This document shows positions 21,262 to 30,330 of a stretch of DNA of 64,000 nucleotides, piece after piece (within the stretch, counting starts at the first letter, position 1; the number at the start of each line of letters is the position of its first letter). Source of the stretch: Thermodesulfobacteriota bacterium (GTDB lineage Bacteria > Desulfobacterota > Desulfobulbia > Desulfobulbales > SURF-16); the NCBI GenBank assembly GCA_039715015.1, contig JBDLIE010000016.1, positions 1 to 64,000 of the forward strand, read 5' to 3'. The notes under the pieces were generated by a model that was not told the origin of the DNA, made no database searches, and saw nothing but the letters and a program-made list of their open reading frames with translations. The position numbers and the translations under genes were made by a program.

Positions 21262-21579
21262 TTATAAGCTCAGGTAGCAGTCATAGTCTTCGATGATAGC
21301 GCCATGCTGGGCCTGGGTGGCCATCTTAGTGCTGTCAAGACCTTCCGGGATGTCCTCAATGTCATAGCCAGCTTTCTTGTAGCTATCAACACAGATGGAA
21401 ACATCAACACCGTCCATTGCACAGAGCTTAGGAAACGCGCTGCATTTGGTCAGGTGAGTTGCAAACCAGGTAAAGAAAACCTTAACCTTGGCACCTTTAG
21501 CTACCGCGGCTTCGGTGACGCCCATAACATGCCGCATGTGCTGAGGAGATGTAACAAAAATACCAATACTCTTCGCCAT
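21262..21579 (-). CDS. DsrE-family sulfur relay protein
   Basis: AAVAKG..VKVFFT, conserved Cys in VSICVDS, terminal D...SL. Confidence 0.8.
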   Translation of the reverse strand: MAKSIGIFVTSPQHMRHVMGVTEAAVAKGAKVKVFFTWFATHLTKCSAFPKLCAMDGVDVSICVDSYKKAGYDIEDIPEGLDSTKMATQAQHGAIIEDYDCYLSL

Positions 21580-21601
21580 TTTATCCTCCAGATTTAAAAA
21601 G

Positions 21602-21632
21602 AAAAAAAGGCATATTCAGGAGTGAATATGCC
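21602..21632 (-). terminator. Internal terminator-like hairpin between tusA and the dsrE-like gene
   Basis: Minus strand reads GGCATATTCA-CTCC-TGAATATGCC followed by T7. Confidence 0.7.
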
Positions 21633-21658
21633 GTTAACTCAGATTGAGTGGGTTTCAA

Positions 21659-21916
21659 CTATTGTTTTTTCAAGTAGAAACGAATGAAACCAGAATCTTC
21701 TTTCTCTCCGAGGTACTCATGACCAGAGCGAGAGCACCAGCCAGGAAGATCGTTACGAGAACCTGGGTCAGTACCGAGGATTTCAAGGATTTCGCCGGCA
21801 TTAATTTTGTCGATCTCTTTTTTGGTGCGCAGCAGTGGCATGGGGCAGCTCAGACCTTTTGCATCCAAGGTGCGTGCAACTTCAAGTCCGTCAGGTGCGG
21901 TTAAATGATCACTCAT
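21659..21916 (-). CDS. tusA: TusA-family sulfur carrier protein
   Basis: LDAKGLSCPMP (CPxP motif) and TDPGSRND. Confidence 0.92.
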   Translation of the reverse strand: MSDHLTAPDGLEVARTLDAKGLSCPMPLLRTKKEIDKINAGEILEILGTDPGSRNDLPGWCSRSGHEYLGEKEDSGFIRFYLKKQ

Positions 21917-22023
21917 GGGGATCCTCCGTCAAAAAAAATTAGGTAAATTAAACACATGCGGCAGTGCCGCTTTAACCTCTCATGCGCCTATTGGCACAGG
22001 ATATAGCAAATTAAGATTTAAAG

Positions 22024-22074
22024 TGTCTAACAGGAATGGGGGGGGGTGTCAAGAGATAATGAATAGCGATTCAT
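22024..22074 (-). promoter_or_regulatory. Putative sigma70 promoter for tusA plus an upstream palindrome
   Basis: Minus strand TTGACA (22047-22052), a 17-nt spacer containing C9, then TG-n-TAGACA (22024-22029). Palindrome ATGAAT-AGCG-ATTCAT at 22059-22074. Confidence 0.5.
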
Positions 22075-22529
22075 ATCCGCTTTTTTGGGGGTGTAGACGG
22101 CCCTGGAAAAATGAGATGCCATTCAGCGAATTCTGGAAAAAAGCCGCCCCAATAAGTCATCTTATATTAGCCAGTTATCTATTTTTGGACGCAGCCTTGG
22201 CCCGTTGAAAAAATAAACGAGGAACACATCATTCTTGACAAACTAAAGCGCCATGGGTAATGAGGTTAGCTTTGACATTTTTATAACCGCTAAATTAATT
22301 AACTGATGGATATTTCGACTGATTAGGTATGAATACTTGGTCTGTTGTTAGATCCTTTAAGAAAGGGTTTGCGAAAAAAAATGAGATGGGTGCCGATTGG
22401 CGGTAATTCATTTCTTTTTTGGGCCGCAAAAGTTGGCAAATCCACGATCTGCTGGCCCCTCATTTCACACCTAAGGTTTTGGAGAGAACCGTGATTGAAT
22501 GGGCAGCATACTGAGGAAGAGGAGAAATT

Positions 22530-23840
22530 ATGAGTGAAGGAAGCATTATAGGCAACAAGGTCGGCGACCTGTACAAGCGTCTCTGTAAGGACGAATGGAA
22601 CCCGACAATCACCGGCCTTTCAGTCGGCCTCTTGAGTGTTTTGATCATGGCCTGGTGGCGTCCTTGGGGTGCTGTGGGCGCCATTCGCAACTGGGGCGAT
22701 TGGATGATGCACGGTTTTGCCAATATGGTTGGCGCCGAAGACGGCTTTCTGGAACTCTTTATTGAGGCTCCGGCCGGCTGGCTGGCAAGTTCCGGTTCCG
22801 TTATCGGTATCGGCTTTATTGGCGGCGCCTTTATCTCTGCCTGTCTGGGCGGAGATTTCGCCTTCAGAATTCCACCCCGTCTTGAGCTTGCTAAAGGTGT
22901 GATGGCCGGTATCCTGATGGGAATCGGCGCCGCCCTGTCCGGCGGCTGTAATGTCGGTGGTATGTATAACGCCATCGGTAACCTGTCAGCCAACGGCTTT
23001 ACCATGTGGCTTGGCCTGGTGATCGGTGTGGTTGTTGGTCTTAAATATATCTACTGGGAGATGTCCAATATCACCTGGGGCAGTGGTGGCGCAGCGACCT
23101 TTGATTTTCCCCAAGGTATGAAGACCTTCCTCGGCTTTGTCGGTCTTGCCGCCCTTATTATCGGCGCCATGAAATATGCCGGTATTGACGATGTTGAAGG
23201 TATTGACGCCATTGGCGGCGTGCTCTTCTCCGGTGAGAAAGATGCCGAGTATCTTCAGTCTCTCGGCGGCCTGCTGATGATTGCTGCCGGTCTCGGGTAT
23301 GCTATGCAGCGCGGACGCTGGTGTATGGTTCAGGGTTTCCGTGAACCCCATATGACCGGTGACTGTAGCCTTGCCAAGTCCGTGGCCCTGAGTATCACCG
23401 TGGTTGCCATTGGCGCTGCTGTCCTCAAGTATGGTGTGCCCATGCGCGGTGACGGTAGCCCGGTATTGGCTGAGATTAACTATGTGCGCGGCACCTTTGG
23501 TTGGGGCTCCATTGTCGGTGGCGCCATCTTCGGCTTCGGCGCCATGCTGGCCGGTGGTTGCGGTTCCGGTACCCTCTGGCGTGTTGGCGAGGGCCAGGTG
23601 AAGCTGATCCTGGTTGTGCCCTTCTTTGCCCTGGCCAACTCCCTGATGACCAAATGGTTCAAGAATTTCGGTGCTGATCAGATCAACCTGGAGCGCGAAG
23701 GCAAGCTTGGTAAATATGTCTATATGCCCGATGCAATGGGCTACACCGGTACCCTGCTTTTGATCGCTGGTATTATGATCGTCTGGTACCTGGTAGTTAC
23801 CTGGAACGAAGAGTCTAACAAGCTGATTGTTGACTTCTAG
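22530..23840 (+). CDS. YeeE/YedE-family sulfur-compound transporter
   Basis: Multi-TM and Gly-rich; three conserved Cys motifs GGCNVG, RWCM and GGCGSG. Confidence 0.9.
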   Translation: MSEGSIIGNKVGDLYKRLCKDEWNPTITGLSVGLLSVLIMAWWRPWGAVGAIRNWGDWMMHGFANMVGAEDGFLELFIEAPAGWLASSGSVIGIGFIGGAFISACLGGDFAFRIPPRLELAKGVMAGILMGIGAALSGGCNVGGMYNAIGNLSANGFTMWLGLVIGVVVGLKYIYWEMSNITWGSGGAATFDFPQGMKTFLGFVGLAALIIGAMKYAGIDDVEGIDAIGGVLFSGEKDAEYLQSLGGLLMIAAGLGYAMQRGRWCMVQGFREPHMTGDCSLAKSVALSITVVAIGAAVLKYGVPMRGDGSPVLAEINYVRGTFGWGSIVGGAIFGFGAMLAGGCGSGTLWRVGEGQVKLILVVPFFALANSLMTKWFKNFGADQINLEREGKLGKYVYMPDAMGYTGTLLLIAGIMIVWYLVVTWNEESNKLIVDF

Positions 23841-23885
23841 GTCGTGAAGAGGTAGTAAGGGCAGACTCAGGTCTGCTCTGAGCTG

Positions 23886-23922
23886 AGCGCATCCTTGCCC
23901 CGAGGCAGGATGCGCTTTTTTT
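23886..23922 (+). terminator. Intrinsic terminator
   Basis: agcgcatcct...aggatgcgct followed by a T-tract after the yeeE-like gene. Confidence 0.8.
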
Positions 23923-23940
23923 GTTGCTGGCTATGTGCGT

Positions 23941-24429
23941 TTAAAAAAGGCGCCAGATATAATAGGCCATGCCTAAGGCAATCAGAAGTTCCAGGGCAAA
24001 GGAGGCGAGGATGCCCACCACGGCGCCGGCCCCTGATTTAGCGGCTTCACGTAACTCTTTTTGTTCAAAATAGAGTTCGCAGAGAAGACCGCCGGCAAAG
24101 GCCCCGATGAATATGCCGCCTGCTATGGGAATGAAAAAGCCGATGATAAGGCCGATGGTGGCCCCCCAAATTCCTTTCTGTGAACCGCCGAAATGACGAG
24201 CTCCCAGAATGGTGAGGAGGTACTGGCTCCCCCAGGCTGCCAGGGCAAAGAGGGTCAATATCATAATATGTAATAAGGTCAGAGGCTGAAAGTCGGTGAG
24301 CAGGCCATGGATGAGGGCGCCGACAACAATGATCGATGGCCCGGGCAGGATTGGCAAAAAGGTGCCGATAATACCCATGACAAGAAAAATGACGAGAAGA
24401 AGGTCGGCAAGGGAAGGGGGCCAGGGCAT
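23941..24429 (-). CDS. DUF456-family membrane protein
   Basis: GTFLPILPG, GARHFGGS..G.WGA..G; Gly-rich TM segments. Confidence 0.85.
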   Translation of the reverse strand: MPWPPSLADLLLVIFLVMGIIGTFLPILPGPSIIVVGALIHGLLTDFQPLTLLHIMILTLFALAAWGSQYLLTILGARHFGGSQKGIWGATIGLIIGFFIPIAGGIFIGAFAGGLLCELYFEQKELREAAKSGAGAVVGILASFALELLIALGMAYYIWRLF

Positions 24430-24593
24430 GGTATGGGCTCCTTTGGGCGGTTTGTGATTTTAAAATATTTTACTGATCTGTGCCCATAACCGTAAACCGG
24501 AAGGGTGCAGGCGTAAATAAGAATAATCGCTGGTGATTGCCTCGGGTTCGATTTGGAGAACCACTGCTAATTATCAGATTTGAAAGTAATTTT

Positions 24594-25406
24594 ATGGAAA
24601 TTCTCTATGCAATATTTCTCGGCTTCCTGCAGGGCGCCACGGAGTTTCTGCCTGTCTCAAGCTCCGGGCATCTGCTTCTTGCCGAGTATTTTTTCGGGGT
24701 GGAAGAGGCAGGCCTGACCTTTGATGTCATCCTCCATCTCGCCACCTTGGCAGCCATTCTCGCCTATTTTCGCAAGGATCTCGGCAATCTGCTGTTGGCC
24801 TTTTTCGGAAGTTATGGCCCGGAGCGCGGACCCCAGGAACGGCGGATGGCTTTTTATATCTGCTATGCCACGGTCCCGGCGGTTTTGGTTGGCCTCTTAT
24901 TGGGGCATTATGTCGAAACCACCCTGCGTTCTCCGTTGCTCGTTGCCTTTACCTTGAGTGGTGCTGGACTGCTGCTCTGGTGGGCTGAAAAAAAAGGTAA
25001 AAAACAGCGTAGTTTTTCTTCCATGGGCTTTTGGGATGCCATGATAATCGGCTGCGCCCAGGCCTTGGCTCTGGTGCCGGGGGTTTCCCGAAGCGGTTCC
25101 ACCATTACGGCCGGCCTTTTCTTGGGACTTAACCGTGTGGCTGCAGCCCGTTTCTCCTTCCTGCTCTCTGCTCCGGTTATTCTGGGGGCTGGCTGCTATA
25201 AGGTGATTAAGCTTTTTGCCGGTCCCGGGCTAGAGAATGGCCAGTATCTCTTTTATGGGGTCGGATTTCTCTCCTCAGCTATCTCCGGCTATGCCTTTAT
25301 TGCTCTGCTCATGCGTTTTGTCCAGAGTCACTCCCTGGCTGTCTTTGCCTATTATCGATTTTTTCTGACGGCTCTGGTATTATCTGCCCTGGCTTTGGGA
25401 TATTGA
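24594..25406 (+). CDS. uppP: Undecaprenyl-diphosphate phosphatase
   Basis: QGATEFLPVSSSGH, PGVSRSGST and ARFSFLLS. Confidence 0.95.
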   Translation: MEILYAIFLGFLQGATEFLPVSSSGHLLLAEYFFGVEEAGLTFDVILHLATLAAILAYFRKDLGNLLLAFFGSYGPERGPQERRMAFYICYATVPAVLVGLLLGHYVETTLRSPLLVAFTLSGAGLLLWWAEKKGKKQRSFSSMGFWDAMIIGCAQALALVPGVSRSGSTITAGLFLGLNRVAAARFSFLLSAPVILGAGCYKVIKLFAGPGLENGQYLFYGVGFLSSAISGYAFIALLMRFVQSHSLAVFAYYRFFLTALVLSALALGY

Positions 25407-25408
25407 TT

Positions 25409-25458
25409 TGAAGGATGAAGGATGAAGGATGAAGGATGAAGGATGAAAGATGAAGGAT
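25409..25458. repeat. Heptamer tandem repeat (TGAAGGA)x7
   Basis: Seven units, the sixth being TGAAAGA, starting 2 nt after the uppP stop. Confidence 0.95.
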
Positions 25459-25532
25459 CCCTGTCGTTTTACCAGCCAATCCAACTGCAAACCAAGCGTG
25501 CTTTGAGCACCTTTTTTATTTGAGGTTTATTT

Positions 25533-26225
25533 GTGAACGATAAGAAGTTTTCCAACAAGACACAGAAGGTGCTGAAGCGCATTCGTAAACAATTCAAGGT
25601 GGGCTTTCGCCCCCTGAAGATTCAGGATCTGGAGCTGGATATGCTGCAGGTCACCGACCTTGAGCATCTCCTGGCCGGCAAGGATCCTTTTGAAAATGTC
25701 TCGGAGTTTCCCTTCTGGGTGAAACTCTGGGAGGCCTCAATGGTCCTTGCCCATGTGATGGCCTCCATGCCTGCCCAGGGCAACCAGAAGCTGTTGGAGC
25801 TGGGTGCCGGTATGGCGGCCCCAGGCCTGGTGGCGGCGGCCCGTGGCTATGAGGTGACCTTAAGTGATTATGAGCCGCACATCCTTGATTTTCAGAGGGT
25901 AAGTGCGGCGGCCAACGGCTTTGATGATGTTGAGTTCCGGATGATTGACTGGCTCAAGCCGCCTGAGATGCCCAAGTTTGACCGGATTATCGGCGCCGAG
26001 ATTCTTTTCCGCGATGATTTCTTTGCCCCCCTGCTTGCCATCTTCAACACCTACTTACAAGATGATGGAGAGATCTATCTGGCCCACGATCTGCGCCGCA
26101 AATCAGTGCCCAAATTTCTTGATCTGGCCCAGAAGGAGTTTAACATTGCTGTCAGCAAAACGACTATGCAGAATGAAGAGGGCGAAAAGATAACCATCCT
26201 CGTTAACCGTCTCACCAAAAAATAA
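25533..26225 (+). CDS. Class I SAM methyltransferase, family-16 (protein lysine MTase)-like
   Basis: PFWVKLWEAS..LA, LLELGAG, LSDY, IDW and IIGAEI. Confidence 0.8.
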   Translation: MNDKKFSNKTQKVLKRIRKQFKVGFRPLKIQDLELDMLQVTDLEHLLAGKDPFENVSEFPFWVKLWEASMVLAHVMASMPAQGNQKLLELGAGMAAPGLVAAARGYEVTLSDYEPHILDFQRVSAAANGFDDVEFRMIDWLKPPEMPKFDRIIGAEILFRDDFFAPLLAIFNTYLQDDGEIYLAHDLRRKSVPKFLDLAQKEFNIAVSKTTMQNEEGEKITILVNRLTKK

Positions 26226-26244
26226 GAGGTCCTGAAGCAAAAAA

Positions 26245-26559
26245 ATGCCTGTCTACGATTACGAACATCTTGGTGAAGGTTGTGATGCGGGCCGTTGTTT
26301 TGAGTGGGTGCAGCCCATGGCCAGCGCCAAGTTGACTTCCTGCCCTTTTTGCGGTGGCAAGGTGCGGCGTATGGTGTCGCGGGTCAATATTTCAACGCCC
26401 AAGACCAATGCCGATTTGAAAAACATGGGTTTTACCAAGCTTGTCCGCCGGGATAACGGCGTCTACGAGAATGTCACGGCCACCGGCAAAGAAAGCAAGA
26501 TCTGGGACAGCAGCAAACCGGAGACCATGCCTGACCTTAAATCAAAAATAAGCGACTAG
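26245..26559 (+). CDS. FmdB-family zinc-ribbon protein
   Basis: MPVYDYE...C...FE..Q.M.....CPFCGG. Confidence 0.85.
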   Translation: MPVYDYEHLGEGCDAGRCFEWVQPMASAKLTSCPFCGGKVRRMVSRVNISTPKTNADLKNMGFTKLVRRDNGVYENVTATGKESKIWDSSKPETMPDLKSKISD

Positions 26560-26594
26560 CAGGCTGTTAATAGAACAGCACGCAGGGGCAGGGG

Positions 26595-27410
26595 ATGAAA
26601 TACGCCGATATTGACTGGAACATGCTCTGGCAGCAGGAGCGCCGTGAGAAAAGCTGGAAGCGCAAGAAAAAAAAGGATTGGGACAAGCGAGCCGCCTCTT
26701 TTGCCAAACGTAACTTGGGCTCTGACTTTAGCGACCTCTGCCTCGGTCTGATCAAACCGGAACCAAGTTGGTCTGTCCTTGACGTGGGCTGTGGACCGGG
26801 CACCCTGGCCATTCCTTTGGCCAGGCAGGTCAAGCAGGTCACTGCCATGGATTTTTCCGAGAAGATGCTGGCTGAACTGGCAGTGCGGGCCAAGGCTGCC
26901 GGTCTGGAGAATATCAGATCCGTGCACGCCTCATGGCAGGACGACTGGCAGGAGCAGGGGGTGGAGCGTCACGATGTGGTTGTCGCTGCCAGGTCACTGG
27001 CGGTGGACGACCTGCGCGGCGCCCTTGAGAAAATGAACAAGTGGGCCCGGAAAGAGGTGGTTGTCGTGGATAGGGTGGGCCCGGGGCCTTTTGATCCAGA
27101 CCTCTTTGCCGCCCTGGGTCGTCCTTTTGATCCGGGCCCTGATTTTATCTTCACAGTCAATATCCTCTTCCAGATGGGGATCTCGCCGCGCCTTGATTAC
27201 CTTGAATTTGATCTGCAGCGCCAGTATGCTGACCGGGAAGAAGCCATCCTGGGCTGGAGCTGGATGGTGGATGAACTCAGTGATGCAGAACAGAGTAAGC
27301 TGGGGATTTATGTAGATAAGAGGCTGTCTGAAAATAGTGACGGCAGTGTGACGCTGACCAGAAAAAAACCGGTAAAATGGGCGTTCATTAGATGGGAAGC
27401 GAACGGATAA
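26595..27410 (+). CDS. Class I SAM-dependent methyltransferase
   Basis: VLDVGCGPG and MDFSEKML. Confidence 0.9.
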   Translation: MKYADIDWNMLWQQERREKSWKRKKKKDWDKRAASFAKRNLGSDFSDLCLGLIKPEPSWSVLDVGCGPGTLAIPLARQVKQVTAMDFSEKMLAELAVRAKAAGLENIRSVHASWQDDWQEQGVERHDVVVAARSLAVDDLRGALEKMNKWARKEVVVVDRVGPGPFDPDLFAALGRPFDPGPDFIFTVNILFQMGISPRLDYLEFDLQRQYADREEAILGWSWMVDELSDAEQSKLGIYVDKRLSENSDGSVTLTRKKPVKWAFIRWEANG

Positions 27411-27414
27411 ACCA

Positions 27415-28764
27415 ATGAGAATAATGATAGTCGGGGCCGGCGAGGTTGGTCGCCATCTCTGCGAAAAATTATCTGTGGAAGGCCAGGAGGTCGTCCTTGT
27501 TGATGAGGATGAGGCCAAGTTGCGCCGCCTTGAGAGGGAGCTGAATATCCTGCCCGTCCATGGCAGTGGGGCCTCCATGCGCGTCCTCGAAGAGGGGGGC
27601 ATTGACCGAACCGATCTCTTCATCGCGGTAACGGATTCCGACGAGGTCAACCTCATCGCCTGCATCCTCTCCAAACAGTATGATGTCGAGAGCCGGATTG
27701 CCCGGGTCAGAAATGAGGATTTTTACTCTCAGTCCGGCCAGGGTACTGAAAAGGCCCTGGATATTGATCTGGTCATCAGCCCTGATCTGGCCATGGCCGA
27801 GGAGATTTTGCGCCTCTCAGCCCTTTCTGATGCCTTTGATGTTGCCGAGTTTGCCGATGGCCAGGTGGAACTGCTTGGCTATGAGGTCTACAAGGGTAAC
27901 CCCACCGTAGGCAAGACCCTCCAGCAGATCCAGGCCATGCAGCCCCAGAATAATTTTGTCATTGCCGCCATCATCCGTGATCATGAGACCATCATCCCCC
28001 GGGGTGATGACATTATCGAGGCGGGGGACAAGATTTATCTGGTGGCCCGTAAAAAGGACATTATGGATGTGGAGGCGGTCTTCCAGTTCACCAGCCATAT
28101 GCCCAAGGATGTCTTTATTATCGGCGGCGGCATCATCGGTTACACCGTGGCCAAGGAGCTGGAGAGGAAAAAGATCAATGTCCGGCTGATCGAGCAGGAT
28201 GCCGACAGATGTGACTGGCTCACCGGCCAGCTCGATAGGACAGTGGTCCTTAATTTTGATGGCCTTGAGGGCCATGATTTGTTGGAGGAGGGCGTTGATC
28301 AGGCCGGCCTGGTCATTTCAGTGACCGACAGCGACACCACCAATATTTTATCAAGTCTGCTGGCCAAACATCATGGCGCCCAGAAATGTATCACCAAGAT
28401 TACCAAACCTGATTTCATCCCCATGCTCGGCAAGCTGGGTATTGATGTGGGCCTGTCGCCCCGCATGGTTGCTGCCGATATGATTCTGCGCTATGTGCGT
28501 GGCGGCGGTAAGATCCTATCGGTGGCCACCCTGCTTGGCGCCGATGCCGAGGTGATGGAGATCCTGGTGACCGAGGACCGGGAGGACCTGATCGGCATTC
28601 CCCTCATGGAGCTCTCCTTTCCGCGTGACGCTGTGCTCGGCGCCATTGTCAGAAAGAAAAAGGTGATCATCCCCTCCGGTCAAACCAAGTTGAAGACAGC
28701 CGATACCCTGGTCATCTTCTTTGCCACCAGTGCCATGGAACAGGTCCAGGCCTATTTTGGCTGA
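27415..28764 (+). CDS. trkA: Trk K+ uptake NAD-binding subunit
   Basis: Two RCK-N/RCK-C repeats (GAGEVG, GGGIIG). Confidence 0.95.
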   Translation: MRIMIVGAGEVGRHLCEKLSVEGQEVVLVDEDEAKLRRLERELNILPVHGSGASMRVLEEGGIDRTDLFIAVTDSDEVNLIACILSKQYDVESRIARVRNEDFYSQSGQGTEKALDIDLVISPDLAMAEEILRLSALSDAFDVAEFADGQVELLGYEVYKGNPTVGKTLQQIQAMQPQNNFVIAAIIRDHETIIPRGDDIIEAGDKIYLVARKKDIMDVEAVFQFTSHMPKDVFIIGGGIIGYTVAKELERKKINVRLIEQDADRCDWLTGQLDRTVVLNFDGLEGHDLLEEGVDQAGLVISVTDSDTTNILSSLLAKHHGAQKCITKITKPDFIPMLGKLGIDVGLSPRMVAADMILRYVRGGGKILSVATLLGADAEVMEILVTEDREDLIGIPLMELSFPRDAVLGAIVRKKKVIIPSGQTKLKTADTLVIFFATSAMEQVQAYFG

Positions 28765-28819
28765 TTCATCCCAGGGCGCACCTGCCTGAAACTCCTAACT
28801 GATAATTGATAACGTCCCT

Positions 28820-30322
28820 ATGCGTATCGGCGGTGTTCTTAATATTCTCGGCAAATTGCTTTTGCTGTTGTCGCTCTTTTTGCTGACTCCTATCCCGTTT
28901 AGCCTCTATTTCCAGGATGGCATGGTGAAGATGTTTTTGCTCTGCTCCGTGCTGGGGGCCATTATGGGTGGCACCCTGCTGGCAATTTTTGCGCCGGAGG
29001 AGGAGCTTGGCTATCGCGACGGCTTTGCCGTGGTGGTCTTGAGCTGGCTTGGTTTAGCCTTGCTGGGTTCGCTGCCCTACGTCTTCTGTGGAGCCATTCC
29101 CAGTTTTATTGATGCCTTTTTTGAGTCCATGTCCGGCTTTACCACCACTGGCTCCACAATTCTTAGCGAGGTGGAGATCCTGCCGGAAAGTGTGCTCTTC
29201 TGGCGTTCAACCACCCACTGGCTGGGCGGCATGGGTATCATTGTCCTTTCCCTGGCGATTCTGCCCCTTCTAGGAGTGGGTGGCATGCAGCTTTTTCAGG
29301 CTGAGATGCCGGGACCAACCAAGGACAGACTGGCGCCGCGCATTCAGGACACGGCCCGGATTCTCTGGGTGGTCTATTTCGCCTTTACCCTCATCCAGGT
29401 CTTTCTCTTGATGGTGGGTGGTATGAATTTTTTTGATGCCATCTGTCATGCCTTCGCCACCCTGGCCACCGGTGGGTTCTCCACTCACACCGCCAGTGCC
29501 GGCCATTGGCAGTCCGGCTATATCGAATATGTCATTATTCTTTTTATGCTCCTGGCCGGTATTAACTTTTCCCTCCATTATCGGGCCTTTGCCCAGCGCA
29601 GCCTGAAGCCCTATCTGGAGAATGAAGAGTTCCGCTTTTATATGATCATCATCGGCCTGGCCACCGGCGCTATTCTGGTCGCCAATATGGGCCATAAGAT
29701 CTACAATGCCTTTGGCGATAATCTGCGCGATACCCTCTTTCAGGTGGTAGCCATGATCACCACCACTGGTTTTGGGACAGCTGATTTTGACCAGTGGCCT
29801 TCAGTGACCAAGGTTATCCTTGTCGCCCTGATGTTTGTCGGTGGCTGTGCCGGCTCCACCGGCGGTGGTATCAAGGTTGTGCGTTTTCTCCTCTTTTTTA
29901 AATATGCCCGTCTGCAGCTCCGTTCTTTGGTTCATCCCCGGGCCGTGGGCGCCATTAAACTTGGCAACCAGAAGGTGCCGAAAGAGGTGATGATTTCCAT
30001 TCTTGGCTTCTTTGCCCTCTATCTTGCTTTTTTTCTGGCAGCAAGCCTCCTGGTGACCAGTATGGGGGTTGATATTGTCACTGGTATGACTTCGGTGGTG
30101 GCAACGTTGAATAATATTGGCCCTGGTTTGGCCGAGGTGGGGCCATCCCGCAACTTTGGCGATCTGCCCCAGGCTGCTAAGGTGGTTTTAAGTTTTTGTA
30201 TGCTGGCCGGTCGCCTGGAGCTCTATACTGTGGCGGTGCTGCTTACTCCTGATTTCTGGAAGATGGCGCGCAAGCCCATCTGGCGCTGGGAGTTTAATAA
30301 GAAGTTGGAAGACAGAATTTAG
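28820..30322 (+). CDS. trkH: Trk K+ uptake membrane subunit
   Basis: SGFTTTG, TGGFS, TTTGF, GSTGGGIK and NNIGPG pore motifs. Confidence 0.95.
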   Translation: MRIGGVLNILGKLLLLLSLFLLTPIPFSLYFQDGMVKMFLLCSVLGAIMGGTLLAIFAPEEELGYRDGFAVVVLSWLGLALLGSLPYVFCGAIPSFIDAFFESMSGFTTTGSTILSEVEILPESVLFWRSTTHWLGGMGIIVLSLAILPLLGVGGMQLFQAEMPGPTKDRLAPRIQDTARILWVVYFAFTLIQVFLLMVGGMNFFDAICHAFATLATGGFSTHTASAGHWQSGYIEYVIILFMLLAGINFSLHYRAFAQRSLKPYLENEEFRFYMIIIGLATGAILVANMGHKIYNAFGDNLRDTLFQVVAMITTTGFGTADFDQWPSVTKVILVALMFVGGCAGSTGGGIKVVRFLLFFKYARLQLRSLVHPRAVGAIKLGNQKVPKEVMISILGFFALYLAFFLAASLLVTSMGVDIVTGMTSVVATLNNIGPGLAEVGPSRNFGDLPQAAKVVLSFCMLAGRLELYTVAVLLTPDFWKMARKPIWRWEFNKKLEDRI

Positions 30323-30330
30323 AAATAAGA

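Noticed and set aside
21991..22008. Sigma54 promoter (TGGCAC...GC)
   Set aside because: The GG-to-GC spacing is 11 nt rather than the required 10.
22320..22529. Moco or c-di-GMP riboswitch in the long yeeE leader
   Set aside because: Some pairing potential and a CCTAAG word are present, but I could not match the other conserved aptamer elements. An Infernal scan would decide.
25409..25458. CRISPR array
   Set aside because: The units are 7 bp with no spacers, and there are no cas genes.
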